Below are positions 10,129 through 18,682 of a DNA stretch of 64,000 bases, piece after piece (within the stretch, counting starts at the first letter, position 1; every line of letters begins with the position of its first letter). The position numbers were made by a program, and so were the translations under genes. The notes beneath the pieces are model-generated. The model was not told the DNA's origin and ran no database searches. It saw nothing but the letters and a program-made list of their open reading frames with translations. Source of the DNA: Gammaproteobacteria bacterium (GTDB taxonomy: Bacteria; Pseudomonadota; Gammaproteobacteria; HK1); NCBI GenBank assembly GCA_965202875.1, contig OZ241870.1:3693069-3757068 (forward strand). Reading direction: 5' to 3'.

Positions 10129-11256
10129 ATGTTTTATCGCGAAGCAGGCCAGTTCAAGACCACGTACGCGAGCGACCAGGCGATCTTTCCCATTCGCCAG
10201 GACTACTGGTTCGTGATCGGGCTCGTGGCGTTCGCGTGCGTCGTCCCCCCCCTCACCGGCTCGCAGTACCTGATGGGGCCGATCCTGACCCAGTTCCTCG
10301 TGTTCGGGCTGGCCGCGCTGGGGCTGAACCTGCTCACCGGCTACGCCGGGCAGATCTCGCTGGGCACCGGCGGATTCATGGCGGTAGGCGCCTACGCCTG
10401 CTACAACCTCGTCCTGCGCCTGCCCGAGATCCCCTTGATCGCCAGCTTCATCCTCTCGGGCCTGTTCGCCGCGCTGGTCGGAGTCCTGTTCGGGCTGCCT
10501 AGCCTGCGCATCAAGGGGTTCTACCTCGCGGTCACCACGCTCGCCTCGCAGTTCTTCCTGCTCTGGCTGTTCGACCACGTCGGCTGGTTCACCAACTACG
10601 ATCCGGCGGGGGTGGCCTCGGCGCCGACCACCACGCTGTTCGGCCGGCTTGCCGAAGCCGGGGGGCCGCTCGACTTCCTCGCTCCCGTCAACGTCCTGGT
10701 GTCCGGGCCCCAGGCGACGCCGGAGGTCAAGTACCTCGTCACCCTGGCCGTCGTCGTGGTCCTCACCCTGCTCGCCAAGAACCTCGTGCGCAGCGCCACG
10801 GGACGCGCGTGGATGGCGATCCGGGACATGGACATCGCGGCCGAGATCATCGGCGTGCGACCCCTGCGCACCCGGCTGGTCGCGTTCGCGATCAGCTCGT
10901 TCTACTGCGGCGTCGCCGGCGCGATGTACGTGTTCACCTACGTCGGGAACGCGGACACCGAGGCGTTCGACCTCATCCGCTCGTTCAACATCCTGTTCAT
11001 GATCATCATCGGCGGGCTGGGCAGCATCATGGGCTCCTACCTCGGCGCCGCGTTCATCGTGCTCCTGCCGGTGGGGCTGAACGTCTTCGCCTCGACGGTC
11101 ATGGGCGGGACGCTGTCGGGCGACGTGCTGGCGAACCTGGAGCTGATCGTGTTCGGCGGCGCCATCATCTTCTTCCTCATCGTGGAGCCGCACGGCTTCG
11201 CAAGGCTATGGCAGATCGCGAAGGAGAAGCTGAGGCAATGGCCTTTTCCGTATTGA
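10129..11256 (+). CDS. branched-chain-type ABC transporter permease, LivM-like
   Basis: 375-aa multi-TM protein with 'GYAGQISLGTGGFMAVGAY' and 'RIKGFYLAVTTLA' motifs characteristic of LivM. Confidence 0.85.
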   Translation: MFYREAGQFKTTYASDQAIFPIRQDYWFVIGLVAFACVVPPLTGSQYLMGPILTQFLVFGLAALGLNLLTGYAGQISLGTGGFMAVGAYACYNLVLRLPEIPLIASFILSGLFAALVGVLFGLPSLRIKGFYLAVTTLASQFFLLWLFDHVGWFTNYDPAGVASAPTTTLFGRLAEAGGPLDFLAPVNVLVSGPQATPEVKYLVTLAVVVVLTLLAKNLVRSATGRAWMAIRDMDIAAEIIGVRPLRTRLVAFAISSFYCGVAGAMYVFTYVGNADTEAFDLIRSFNILFMIIIGGLGSIMGSYLGAAFIVLLPVGLNVFASTVMGGTLSGDVLANLELIVFGGAIIFFLIVEPHGFARLWQIAKEKLRQWPFPY

Positions 11257-11434
11257 TGGAGGTCGAACCCGAAGGACGACGCGAGAGTGTGGCGGGCCGC
11301 GGACGACGCCGGGGATCGTCGTTCACGACAGCGGCTCGGGTACCCTGGAATCCCCCGTACCGCCCCGGAGGGCGGCAACCGGTGATCTGAACGATCAACC
11401 GATGTTCCAACGACACGATAAGGAGGAGTCACCG

Positions 11435-12772
11435 ATGAGAACCACAAGACCTCTGCTTTCCCTGGTCGCCGCGAGCTTGGTGCTCACGCCCTTCGCGGCC
11501 ACGCAGGCCCAGGACGAGCAATTCATCCCCGCGCTCGTGTACCGCACCGGCCCCTATGCCGCGGGCGGCTCCGGGTTCTGGGGCGGCATGGAAGACTACA
11601 TGGAGCTGCTCAACATCCGCGACGGCGGGATCGGCGGCGTGAAGCTCACCTGGGAGGAGTGCGAGACGGCGTACAACTCCGACCGCGGGGTGGAGTGCTA
11701 CGAACGCCTCAAGGGCAAGGGACCGACCGGCGCGGGCATCGTGCACCCGCTCTCCACCGGCATCACCTACCGGCTCATCGAGCGCGCCACCACCGACAAG
11801 ATCCCGCTCATCTCCATGGGATACGGGCGCACCGACGCCACCAACGGCAAGGTCTTCCCCTACGTCTTCCCCCTGGTGACCAACTACTGGAGCCAGAACA
11901 CGGCGAAGATCAAGTACATCGGGATGAAAGAGGGCGGCATGGGGAGCCTGGAGGGCAAGAAGATCGCCAACCTCTATCATGAGTCGAGCTACGGCAAGGA
12001 GACGATCCCGGTCCTGAACAAGCAGGCCGAGATGTACGGCTTCGAGGTCCGCCACTTCCCGGTCCCGCATCCCGGCCTCGATCAGAAGGCCACGTGGCTG
12101 GAGATCGCGCGGCGCTACAAGCCGGACTGGGTCATCCTGCGCGGCTGGGGGGTGATGAACCCGACCGCGCTCAAGGAAGCGTCCCGCGTCGGCTTCCCGG
12201 CCACGAAGATCGTCGGCGTGTGGTGGAGCGGCGCCGAGGAGGACGTCATCCCCGCCGGCAAGGCGGCGGTCGGCTACGTGGCCGCCGGCTTCCATCCATC
12301 CGGAGCCGATTTCCCGGTCATCCAGGAGATCCTCGACAAGGTGCACGGGGCCGGCAAGGGCCACATCTCGCCGCAGCGCGTGGGCACGATCTACTACAAC
12401 CGCGGCCTCATCGCGGGGATCCTCACCATGGAGGCGATCCGCAACGCGCAGGGCAAGTTCGGCGCCAAGCCGCTCACCGGCGAGGAGATCCGCTGGGGCA
12501 TCGAGAGCCTGGACGTTACCGAGGCGCGCATCGAGGAGCTCGGGGCCGAGGGGCTGATGTCCCCGCTCAAGGTGAGCTGCGCCGACCACGAAGGCGGCGG
12601 TGCGGTCAAGTTCCTGGAATGGACCGGAGCCGAGTGGAAGGAGGTCACCGACTGGATCGAGACCGACAAGTCGATCGTCAATCCGATGATCCAGGCGTCC
12701 TCCTCGCAGTACGCCACGGAGAAGGGCATCACCCCGCGCAGCGGGATGTCGATGGGCAGCGACTGCGGCTGA
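11435..12772 (+). CDS. ABC transporter substrate-binding protein (LivK / periplasmic-binding-protein type I-like) with signal peptide
   Basis: ATG 11435 after AAGGAGG. N-terminal signal 'MRTTRPLLSLVAASLVLTPFAATQAQ'. The ~445-aa mature protein is typical of SBPs encoded in CoA-ligase-linked Liv-type clusters. Confidence 0.85.
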   Translation: MRTTRPLLSLVAASLVLTPFAATQAQDEQFIPALVYRTGPYAAGGSGFWGGMEDYMELLNIRDGGIGGVKLTWEECETAYNSDRGVECYERLKGKGPTGAGIVHPLSTGITYRLIERATTDKIPLISMGYGRTDATNGKVFPYVFPLVTNYWSQNTAKIKYIGMKEGGMGSLEGKKIANLYHESSYGKETIPVLNKQAEMYGFEVRHFPVPHPGLDQKATWLEIARRYKPDWVILRGWGVMNPTALKEASRVGFPATKIVGVWWSGAEEDVIPAGKAAVGYVAAGFHPSGADFPVIQEILDKVHGAGKGHISPQRVGTIYYNRGLIAGILTMEAIRNAQGKFGAKPLTGEEIRWGIESLDVTEARIEELGAEGLMSPLKVSCADHEGGGAVKFLEWTGAEWKEVTDWIETDKSIVNPMIQASSSQYATEKGITPRSGMSMGSDCG

Positions 12773-12887
12773 TACATCCTCAGCCGTGGCTGACCGACGA
12801 CGTCAGCCGCGGCTGATCGCCAACGTCAGCTACGGCCGGCCGATCCGCGGCGCATCCCGGCCGGCGGCAGAGACAGCCGAAGCACAG

Positions 12888-13715
12888 ATGGACAGGGCCA
12901 TGGAGACCAACGGGACGCCCCTGCTGAGCGTCAACAACGTCGAGGTGATCTACGACCACGTGATCCTCGTGCTCAGGGGGGTGTCCCTCGAAGTGCCCGA
13001 GGGGGGTATCGTCACCCTCCTCGGGGCCAACGGCGCCGGGAAGTCGACGACGCTGAAGTCGATCTCGAACCTGCTCGGCGCCGAGCGGGGCGAGGTCACG
13101 AAAGGTTCGGTCACGTACCGGGACGAGCGCGTCGACGGACGCACCCCGGCCGATCTCGTGAAGATGGGCGTCGTCCAGGTCATGGAAGGCCGCCACTGCT
13201 TCGGCCACCTCACCGTCGAGGAGAACCTGCTCACCGGCGCGTATACACGCACCGACGGCAGGGGCGCGATCGAGCGCGACCTCGAAATGGTGTACGGCTA
13301 CTTCCCGCGCATCAAGGAGCGCCGCCGCGCGATGGCCGGCTACACCTCGGGCGGCGAGCAGCAGATGACCGCGCTCGGTCGCGCGCTGATGGCCAGGCCC
13401 TCGATGATCCTCCTCGACGAGCCGTCGATGGGCCTCGCACCGCAGCTCGTCGAGGAGATCTTCGAGATCGTGAAGAGGCTCAACGAGAACGAAGGCGTGA
13501 CCTTCCTCCTCGCCGAGCAGAACACCCACATGGCGCTGCGCTACGCCCGGTACGGCTACATTCTCGAGAACGGCCGCGTGGTGATGGACGGCGAAGCTCG
13601 CGCACTGGCCGACAACGAGGACGTCAAGGAGTTCTACCTCGGCACCAGCGGAGGCGGACGCAAGAGCTTCCGCGACACCAAGCACTACCGCCGCCGCAAA
13701 CGCTGGCTGGCGTAG
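12888..13715 (+). CDS. ABC transporter ATP-binding protein, LivF-like, with basic C-terminal tail
   Basis: Walker A 'GANGAGKST', signature 'YTSGGEQQMTALGRAL', Walker B 'ILLDEPSMGL'. C-terminal extension '...GTSGGGRKSFRDTKHYRRRKRWLA'. Confidence 0.85.
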   Translation: MDRAMETNGTPLLSVNNVEVIYDHVILVLRGVSLEVPEGGIVTLLGANGAGKSTTLKSISNLLGAERGEVTKGSVTYRDERVDGRTPADLVKMGVVQVMEGRHCFGHLTVEENLLTGAYTRTDGRGAIERDLEMVYGYFPRIKERRRAMAGYTSGGEQQMTALGRALMARPSMILLDEPSMGLAPQLVEEIFEIVKRLNENEGVTFLLAEQNTHMALRYARYGYILENGRVVMDGEARALADNEDVKEFYLGTSGGGRKSFRDTKHYRRRKRWLA

Positions 13716-13763
13716 AGGGCTGTTTCTCGGGAAGATGAACGAAGACGTTCACCAGAGGCTTCC

Positions 13764-14042
13764 ATGTTGAAAAATAAAACGGATGGACTTAAAGAAGAGA
13801 TCGGATTGTTGAAACTTGTATTTGGCTTGGTATTTTTGCCTTGGATTTCCCTATTGGGTTGGCTGGGAGGGCAAGTGGTGGAAGATCTTCCACAGAAGTT
13901 CGATTTGGAGGCGATACTGCGGAAATTGGAAGTGACGTCAGCGGATTCTCGGGTGGTGCTGGCGCTACTGGTATGGTCGGGTATGTCTATATTTCTACTG
14001 AGCTGCCTTCTGGAGATCAGGCGCAAAATTGACAAATTGTAA
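13764..14042 (+). CDS. hypothetical small membrane protein (92 aa, 2 predicted TM) inside AT-rich insert
   Basis: Lies in a ~45-50% GC segment within a ~70% GC region. ATG after AGAGG. Hydrophobic stretches 'LLKLVFGLVFLPWISLLGWLGG' and 'VVLALLVWSGMSIFLLSCLL'. Confidence 0.45.
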   Translation: MLKNKTDGLKEEIGLLKLVFGLVFLPWISLLGWLGGQVVEDLPQKFDLEAILRKLEVTSADSRVVLALLVWSGMSIFLLSCLLEIRRKIDKL

Positions 14043-14067
14043 ACCTTCGTTGACCGGGAGAGCCGTC

Positions 14068-14373
14068 ATGGAGACGTCAAGTGGGATGATTGCAGGGTCG
14101 ATTATAGTGCTGATTTTCGCCGCATTGCTGATCCCCATCAAGAAATCCAGGGGAATGTTGTCCTCGATTGCAGCACTGATTTTCGCCATGTTGTTTATAG
14201 CATTACTGGCCGTTGTCATGGTGCCTGGTGAAATAGTGGTTCCAACTATTGCAGCATCGATCTTTCTTGTAACACTCGTATTGATGCTGGTTATCGCATT
14301 ACAGCCATCGAAAGGCCTGTTTGCCAAGATAGCCCATTTCTTTCTGATCCGGAACTCCGGTTCTACGGGATGA
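14068..14373 (+). CDS. hypothetical small membrane protein (101 aa, ~3 predicted TM) inside AT-rich insert
   Basis: ATG 14068 preceded by GGGAGAG. Almost entirely hydrophobic ('IAGSIIVLIFAALLIPI', 'IAALIFAMLFIALLAVVMV', 'IFLVTLVLMLVIAL'). Same low-GC segment as the preceding ORF. Confidence 0.45.
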   Translation: METSSGMIAGSIIVLIFAALLIPIKKSRGMLSSIAALIFAMLFIALLAVVMVPGEIVVPTIAASIFLVTLVLMLVIALQPSKGLFAKIAHFFLIRNSGSTG

Positions 14374-14497
14374 ATATCCAGCATGACCCTTCATCCGCAG
14401 CCAGCTTGGTTACCCGCCCATTGGCGAGAATACCGAGCGAATCCGGCTCCTCGGGATGCTCCGGCCATCCGGATGTATTCCATCATACTCCGCGGAC

Positions 14498-15733
14498 ATG
14501 ACCTCCGACCACTACGACACCCTCGAAACCCGCGACCCCGCAGCGCGTGAGGCGGAGCTGTTCGCCGCCCTCCGCGACCACTTGCGGGCCGCGATGCGCG
14601 CTCCGGCCGTCGCACGCATCCTCGAAGGAACGGACCCGGACGCGGTGACGGACCGCACCGCTCTGGCGGCGCTGCCCGTGCTCCGGAAGCCGGCGCTGAT
14701 GGCGGTGCAGTCCGACTCCCCGCCGCTCGAGGGGTTGACGCCCGCCCCGGTCGGGGACTACGCGAACGTGTTCGCCTCCCCCGGCCCGATCTTCGAGCCC
14801 GCGCCGCGCCGTGCCGACGCCTTCCGCATGGCGCGCGCGCTCTTCGCGGCGGGGGTGCGCAAGGGCGACCTCGTCCACAACGCCTTCTCCTACCACTTCA
14901 CACCGGCCGGCGCGATGCTGGAGAGCGGCGCCCGGGCGCTCGGCTGTGCGGTATTTCCCGCCGGCACCGGCCAGACCGAGCTCCAGGTGCAGGCGATTGC
15001 GCGGCTGCGCCCGAACGCCTACGTCGGCACGCCCTCGTTTCTCGACATCCTCCTCGACAAGGCGGCCGAGCTCGGCGAGGACGTGGGCTCGATCGCAAGA
15101 GGTCTGGTTTCGGGCGAGGCCCTCCCCCCGAGCCTGCGCGCCGCCATCGGCGAGCGCGGGGTCTCGGTCATGCAGTGCTACGCGACCGCCGACGTCGGAC
15201 TGATCGCCTACGAATCGCCGGCGCTGGAAGGGATGATCCTCGACGAAGGCGCAATCGTGGAGATCGTGCGCCCGGGCACCGGCGACCCGGTCCCGGACGG
15301 CGAGGTCGGGGAGGTCGTGGTGACGCCGTTCAACCCCGACTACCCCCTCGTGCGCTTTGCGACCGGCGACCTCTCCGCGGTGCTGCCGGGCGCGAGCCCC
15401 TGCGGGCGCACCAACACCCGGATCAGGGGGTGGATGGGACGCGCCGACCAGACGACGAAGGTCAGGGGCATGTTCGTGCACCCGTCCCAGGTGGCCGAGG
15501 TCGTGCGGCGGCACGTGGAGATCGTCCGGGCGAGGCTCGTGGTCACCAGCGCCGGCAACCAGGACGTCATGACCCTGCGTTGCGAGAGCGGGACGGGCGA
15601 TCCGGGCCTGGCCGGCGCGGTCGCGGCGACGATACGCGACGTGTGCAAGCTCCGCGGCGAGATCGAGATCGTGGCCCCGGGCTCGCTCGCGAACGACGGC
15701 AAGGTGATCGAGGATGCTCGTACCTACGAGTAG
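14498..15733 (+). CDS. phenylacetate-CoA ligase family protein (PaaK-like / coenzyme F390 synthetase-like)
   Basis: 411 aa with 'HNAFSYHFTPAG', 'YVGTPSF', 'MQCYATADVG' and 'KVRGMFVHPSQV' arrangement typical of PaaK-type adenylate-forming ligases. Confidence 0.85.
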   Translation: MTSDHYDTLETRDPAAREAELFAALRDHLRAAMRAPAVARILEGTDPDAVTDRTALAALPVLRKPALMAVQSDSPPLEGLTPAPVGDYANVFASPGPIFEPAPRRADAFRMARALFAAGVRKGDLVHNAFSYHFTPAGAMLESGARALGCAVFPAGTGQTELQVQAIARLRPNAYVGTPSFLDILLDKAAELGEDVGSIARGLVSGEALPPSLRAAIGERGVSVMQCYATADVGLIAYESPALEGMILDEGAIVEIVRPGTGDPVPDGEVGEVVVTPFNPDYPLVRFATGDLSAVLPGASPCGRTNTRIRGWMGRADQTTKVRGMFVHPSQVAEVVRRHVEIVRARLVVTSAGNQDVMTLRCESGTGDPGLAGAVAATIRDVCKLRGEIEIVAPGSLANDGKVIEDARTYE

Positions 15734-16207
15734 GGAGGGCAGGGTACGGCCATTGCTTCATCGGCGCCAGCTTCCCAACGGGCCCGCCGGACTCGCACCC
15801 GAAAACAGGCGCAATCCAGGCGGCGATGGCGATGAACGCGCCCCGATGATGCCGACGATGCTCGCTCCCTGGTCCTTTGTCCGTGAAGTCATCGACAAAA
15901 CGACGAATTTTTTCCGGGCCGGGTCGGGATCCACACGGCGCGGCAGATACGCGCTTCGAGGTTGGCGACATCGGCACGCAGAGCGACGATGCCCGTCTTC
16001 GTGGCATGTTCGCCACGTCCGGGGACGGTGACTTGACGCAACGCTTCGGCGTGCGCTTCTGCCTGCCGCGTTCGACTCCCGCGGCTTCGAGGCCGCGGAC
16101 GATGCGGCGGGTGTCGAAGGCTGTGGCATTTGCCGTGATCCATTCGACGGAACGTTGCGCGAGCAACTTCAACACGGTTCGGCAATCGTCGTTGGAAAGT
16201 CGTTGAG

Positions 16208-16957
16208 ATGGAAACGTTGCCCAGCGGAAGGGTCCGGGGCCGGCGGGCGTCTCCGGTGCGGGCCTTCGCCACCATCAACGCCGCCGTCGAAGCGGAAGGG
16301 CTCGCCAGCCGTGGCGCGTTCCACGTCGATGCGGAGGACGCGGTTCCACGCTTCGGCGATGGTGCGCCCGCCCGGACGCTGGTCCTCGTCGGCAACGCCG
16401 GTCCCCGGATGTGGCCCGCCTTCGCGGCCTCCGAAGAGGCGAACGACGGCGCGCCGGACCCACTCGACCGGTGGAGCCGGCGGATCGTCACCCGGCTCGC
16501 GTGCACCCTGGACGCGGGCGCCCACTTCCCGTTCGGCGGTCCGCCCTGGCTGCCTTTCATCCGTTGGGCGCAACGGGCCGGCCCCGTCTACCCCTCCCCC
16601 ATCGGACCGTTGGTGCACCCGGACCACGGCCTGTGGCATGCGTACCGGGGCGCTCTCGCGTTCCGCGAACGTCTCGACCTTCCGCCGCGCGACGAGCGCC
16701 CGAGCCCTTGCGAGCGCTGCGCCGAACGACCGTGCCTCTCGGCCTGTCCCGCCGGTGCGTTCTCCGCGAGCGGCTACGATGTCGATGCCTGTGTCGCGCA
16801 CACTGCAAGCCGCGCGGGCGTCCGATGCCTCGACGGGGGATGCCTCGCCCGCCACGCCTGCCCGGCCGGACGCGATGCGGTATACGGCGCCCCGCAGGCG
16901 GCGTTTCACATGCGGGCGTTTCTCGCCGCAAGACAGTGCGCACGGCGAAGCAAGTAA
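16208..16957 (+). CDS. 4Fe-4S ferredoxin-type domain protein (function unknown)
   Basis: C-terminal Cys clusters 'CERCAERPCLSACPAG' and 'CLDGGCLARHACPAG'; the N-terminal domain could not be assigned. Start codon uncertain. Confidence 0.55.
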   Translation: METLPSGRVRGRRASPVRAFATINAAVEAEGLASRGAFHVDAEDAVPRFGDGAPARTLVLVGNAGPRMWPAFAASEEANDGAPDPLDRWSRRIVTRLACTLDAGAHFPFGGPPWLPFIRWAQRAGPVYPSPIGPLVHPDHGLWHAYRGALAFRERLDLPPRDERPSPCERCAERPCLSACPAGAFSASGYDVDACVAHTASRAGVRCLDGGCLARHACPAGRDAVYGAPQAAFHMRAFLAARQCARRSK

Positions 16958-17375
16958 GCGGTCACCCGGGTCTCTGCCCGGATTCTGCGGGCTCCGGTGC
17001 GATCCGGGCATCCGATGAAGCCCGAGGGCAGCGTAGTGAAACCGCCCGGTCCGGTGCCGTGGCGGTCCGCCGGCCGGCGGGTTCCTGCGGACCGGGCCGC
17101 CGATCGAGCGCCGGGCACGGGAGTGCGGGGGGTTCCGCCGAGTCTTCGCCGCTTCACGTCCATACGCCCGCGAGCCGATCGGATCTATGATGCGTTCCTC
17201 TCGGGGGAGCCGCTCGCCGATCCTCCGCGGACGGCGAGGGTTTGCCGGCCCCGCCGTCACCGCCTTCGGGGCTGGTGGGCAGCCGGCCGCTCGTCCGGCG
17301 GGGCCCGGTGGGCCGGGCCGGAGGCCGCATGGCAGGACGCGGCGACGGCAGGGCAGTCCGAACGGGGCAGCAGAG

Positions 17376-17466
17376 GCAGGGCAAACAGACAGGGCAAACA
17401 GACAGGGCAAACAGGCAGGGCAAACAGGCAGGGCAAACAGGCAGGGCAAACAGGCAGGGCAACCGA
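17376..17466. repeat. 13-bp direct tandem repeat (CAGGGCAAACAG + 1 variable nt), ~7 copies, ending ~24 bp before the downstream SBP start codon
   Basis: Seen directly: GCAGGGCAAACAG A CAGGGCAAACAG A CAGGGCAAACAG G ... CAGGGCAACCGAAACA. Unit length is not a multiple of 3 and the repeat is non-coding (intergenic, 5' of the gene at 17490). Confidence 0.9.
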
Positions 17467-17489
17467 AACAATACAAAGGAGATGGAATC

Positions 17490-18644
17490 ATGATCAGGAA
17501 TCGTTTGAACCGGCGGAACTTCTTGCAGCGGACCGGATTCTGGGCGGCCGTGGCCGCGACCGGCTCGCTGCCGGGGCCAGCGTACGCGGCCCGCGACAAG
17601 GAGCTCAACATCTACTGCTGGGAAGGCTACAACTCCGACGACGTGCTCGACCCCTTCCGCCGCGAATTCGACGCCAAGGTCCGCGCCGAGGGCCTCACCT
17701 CCGACCCGGATGCGGTCAACCGCCTGCGCGCGGGCGAGACCGCGGTGTGGGACCTCATCAACGTCAACAACCCCTGGGCGCGCGAGATGATGTATCCGGA
17801 GGGGCTGATCCGGCCGCTTCCGAGGGATCGCTTCGAGCCGATGTTCGAGAAGATGATGCCGGCCTTCCATCCGCCGTACGAATGGGCGATGGACAGGTCG
17901 GGCCGGGAGCTGCTCGGGATGACCCAGCGCTTCGGGCCGTTCAACTTCGTGGTCAACACGGACAGGATCTCACGCGCCACGGCGGAGGACGAGGGCTTCA
18001 ACGTCTTCCTGGACTCCGCCATGAACGGAAGGTACGGCGTCCTCACCTACGACAACTGGAACATCTACCACATGTGCGTCACCGCCGGGGTGCATCCGTT
18101 CAAGGCGCACACCGAGGAGGAGATCGCGGCGTTCACGGACGCCTGCAAGAAGATCTTCAACGGCGCCAAGCTGCTGACGGACGATCTGGTCCAGATGAAC
18201 CTGGCGCTCATCAACGGCGAGGTCGACGCCTACTTCACGGGCGGCACCTACACCGCTTCCCCGGCGCGCTACGACGGTGCGACGCAGGTGCGCGGCATCA
18301 CGCCGAAATCGGGTCCGATGGACGGCAAGGGCGGCATCGTGTGGATCGAGCTGACCTCCGCCGTCAACAATCCGGAGCCGTCGCCGCTGGCCGACGAGTT
18401 CCTGGCCTACGTCCAGCGCCCGGACATCTCCAAGCGGGTGGCCTTCGCGGAGGGCACCTACAATCCGGTGTCGCAGATGGGCGACCCTGCGGTCATGGAG
18501 CAGTTCGACGCGGACGAGCTGAACGCCATCCAGTGGGACAGCCTGGAAGAGGAGATGGCGAACTCCGCCGATTACGACATCAACCCGGACTACGCGCAAA
18601 TGTACGAGATCTACTCCGCCGCGAAGCGCGAGCGCGAGTCCTGA
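17490..18644 (+). CDS. polyamine-type (spermidine/putrescine, PotD/PotF family) ABC transporter substrate-binding protein with Tat-like signal
   Basis: ATG 17490 after AAGGAG. 'MIRNRLNRRNFLQRTGFWAAVAATGSLPGPAYA' twin-arginine signal. The mature protein resembles the PotF/PotD fold family. Confidence 0.85.
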   Translation: MIRNRLNRRNFLQRTGFWAAVAATGSLPGPAYAARDKELNIYCWEGYNSDDVLDPFRREFDAKVRAEGLTSDPDAVNRLRAGETAVWDLINVNNPWAREMMYPEGLIRPLPRDRFEPMFEKMMPAFHPPYEWAMDRSGRELLGMTQRFGPFNFVVNTDRISRATAEDEGFNVFLDSAMNGRYGVLTYDNWNIYHMCVTAGVHPFKAHTEEEIAAFTDACKKIFNGAKLLTDDLVQMNLALINGEVDAYFTGGTYTASPARYDGATQVRGITPKSGPMDGKGGIVWIELTSAVNNPEPSPLADEFLAYVQRPDISKRVAFAEGTYNPVSQMGDPAVMEQFDADELNAIQWDSLEEEMANSADYDINPDYAQMYEIYSAAKRERES

Positions 18645-18682
18645 CGCGGTCGAGGCTCCTGGTGTCCGGGTCCGGAGGGTCG

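Noticed and set aside
8695-11193. 832-aa minus-strand ORF across the LivH/LivM genes
   Set aside because: Extremely Arg/Glu/Asp/His-rich with no hydrophobic core. It is the antisense frame of two membrane-protein genes, hence a GC artefact.
15567-16175. 202-aa minus-strand ORF in the 475-bp gap after the PaaK-like gene ('MLKLLAQRSVEWITANATAFDTRRIVRGLEAAGVE...')
   Set aside because: Only the first ~35 residues look protein-like, and the rest overlaps the 3' end of the PaaK-like gene in a low-complexity frame. It may be a short gene remnant, but there is no RBS, domain or partner frame to support it.
17376-17466. Tandem repeats at 17376 and 25812 considered as a possible CRISPR array
   Set aside because: Units are 13 and 15 bp with no interspersed unique spacers and no cas genes; these are simple VNTR-type repeats.
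16169-17611. 480-aa minus-strand ORF and the 16997..19759 920-aa plus-strand ORF spanning the ferredoxin-potF intergenic region
   Set aside because: Both read through the non-coding 13-bp tandem repeat and the intergenic region. The translations are low-complexity, and the real genes (ferredoxin-like, PotF-like, PotA-like) occupy parts of them with proper RBS-linked starts.
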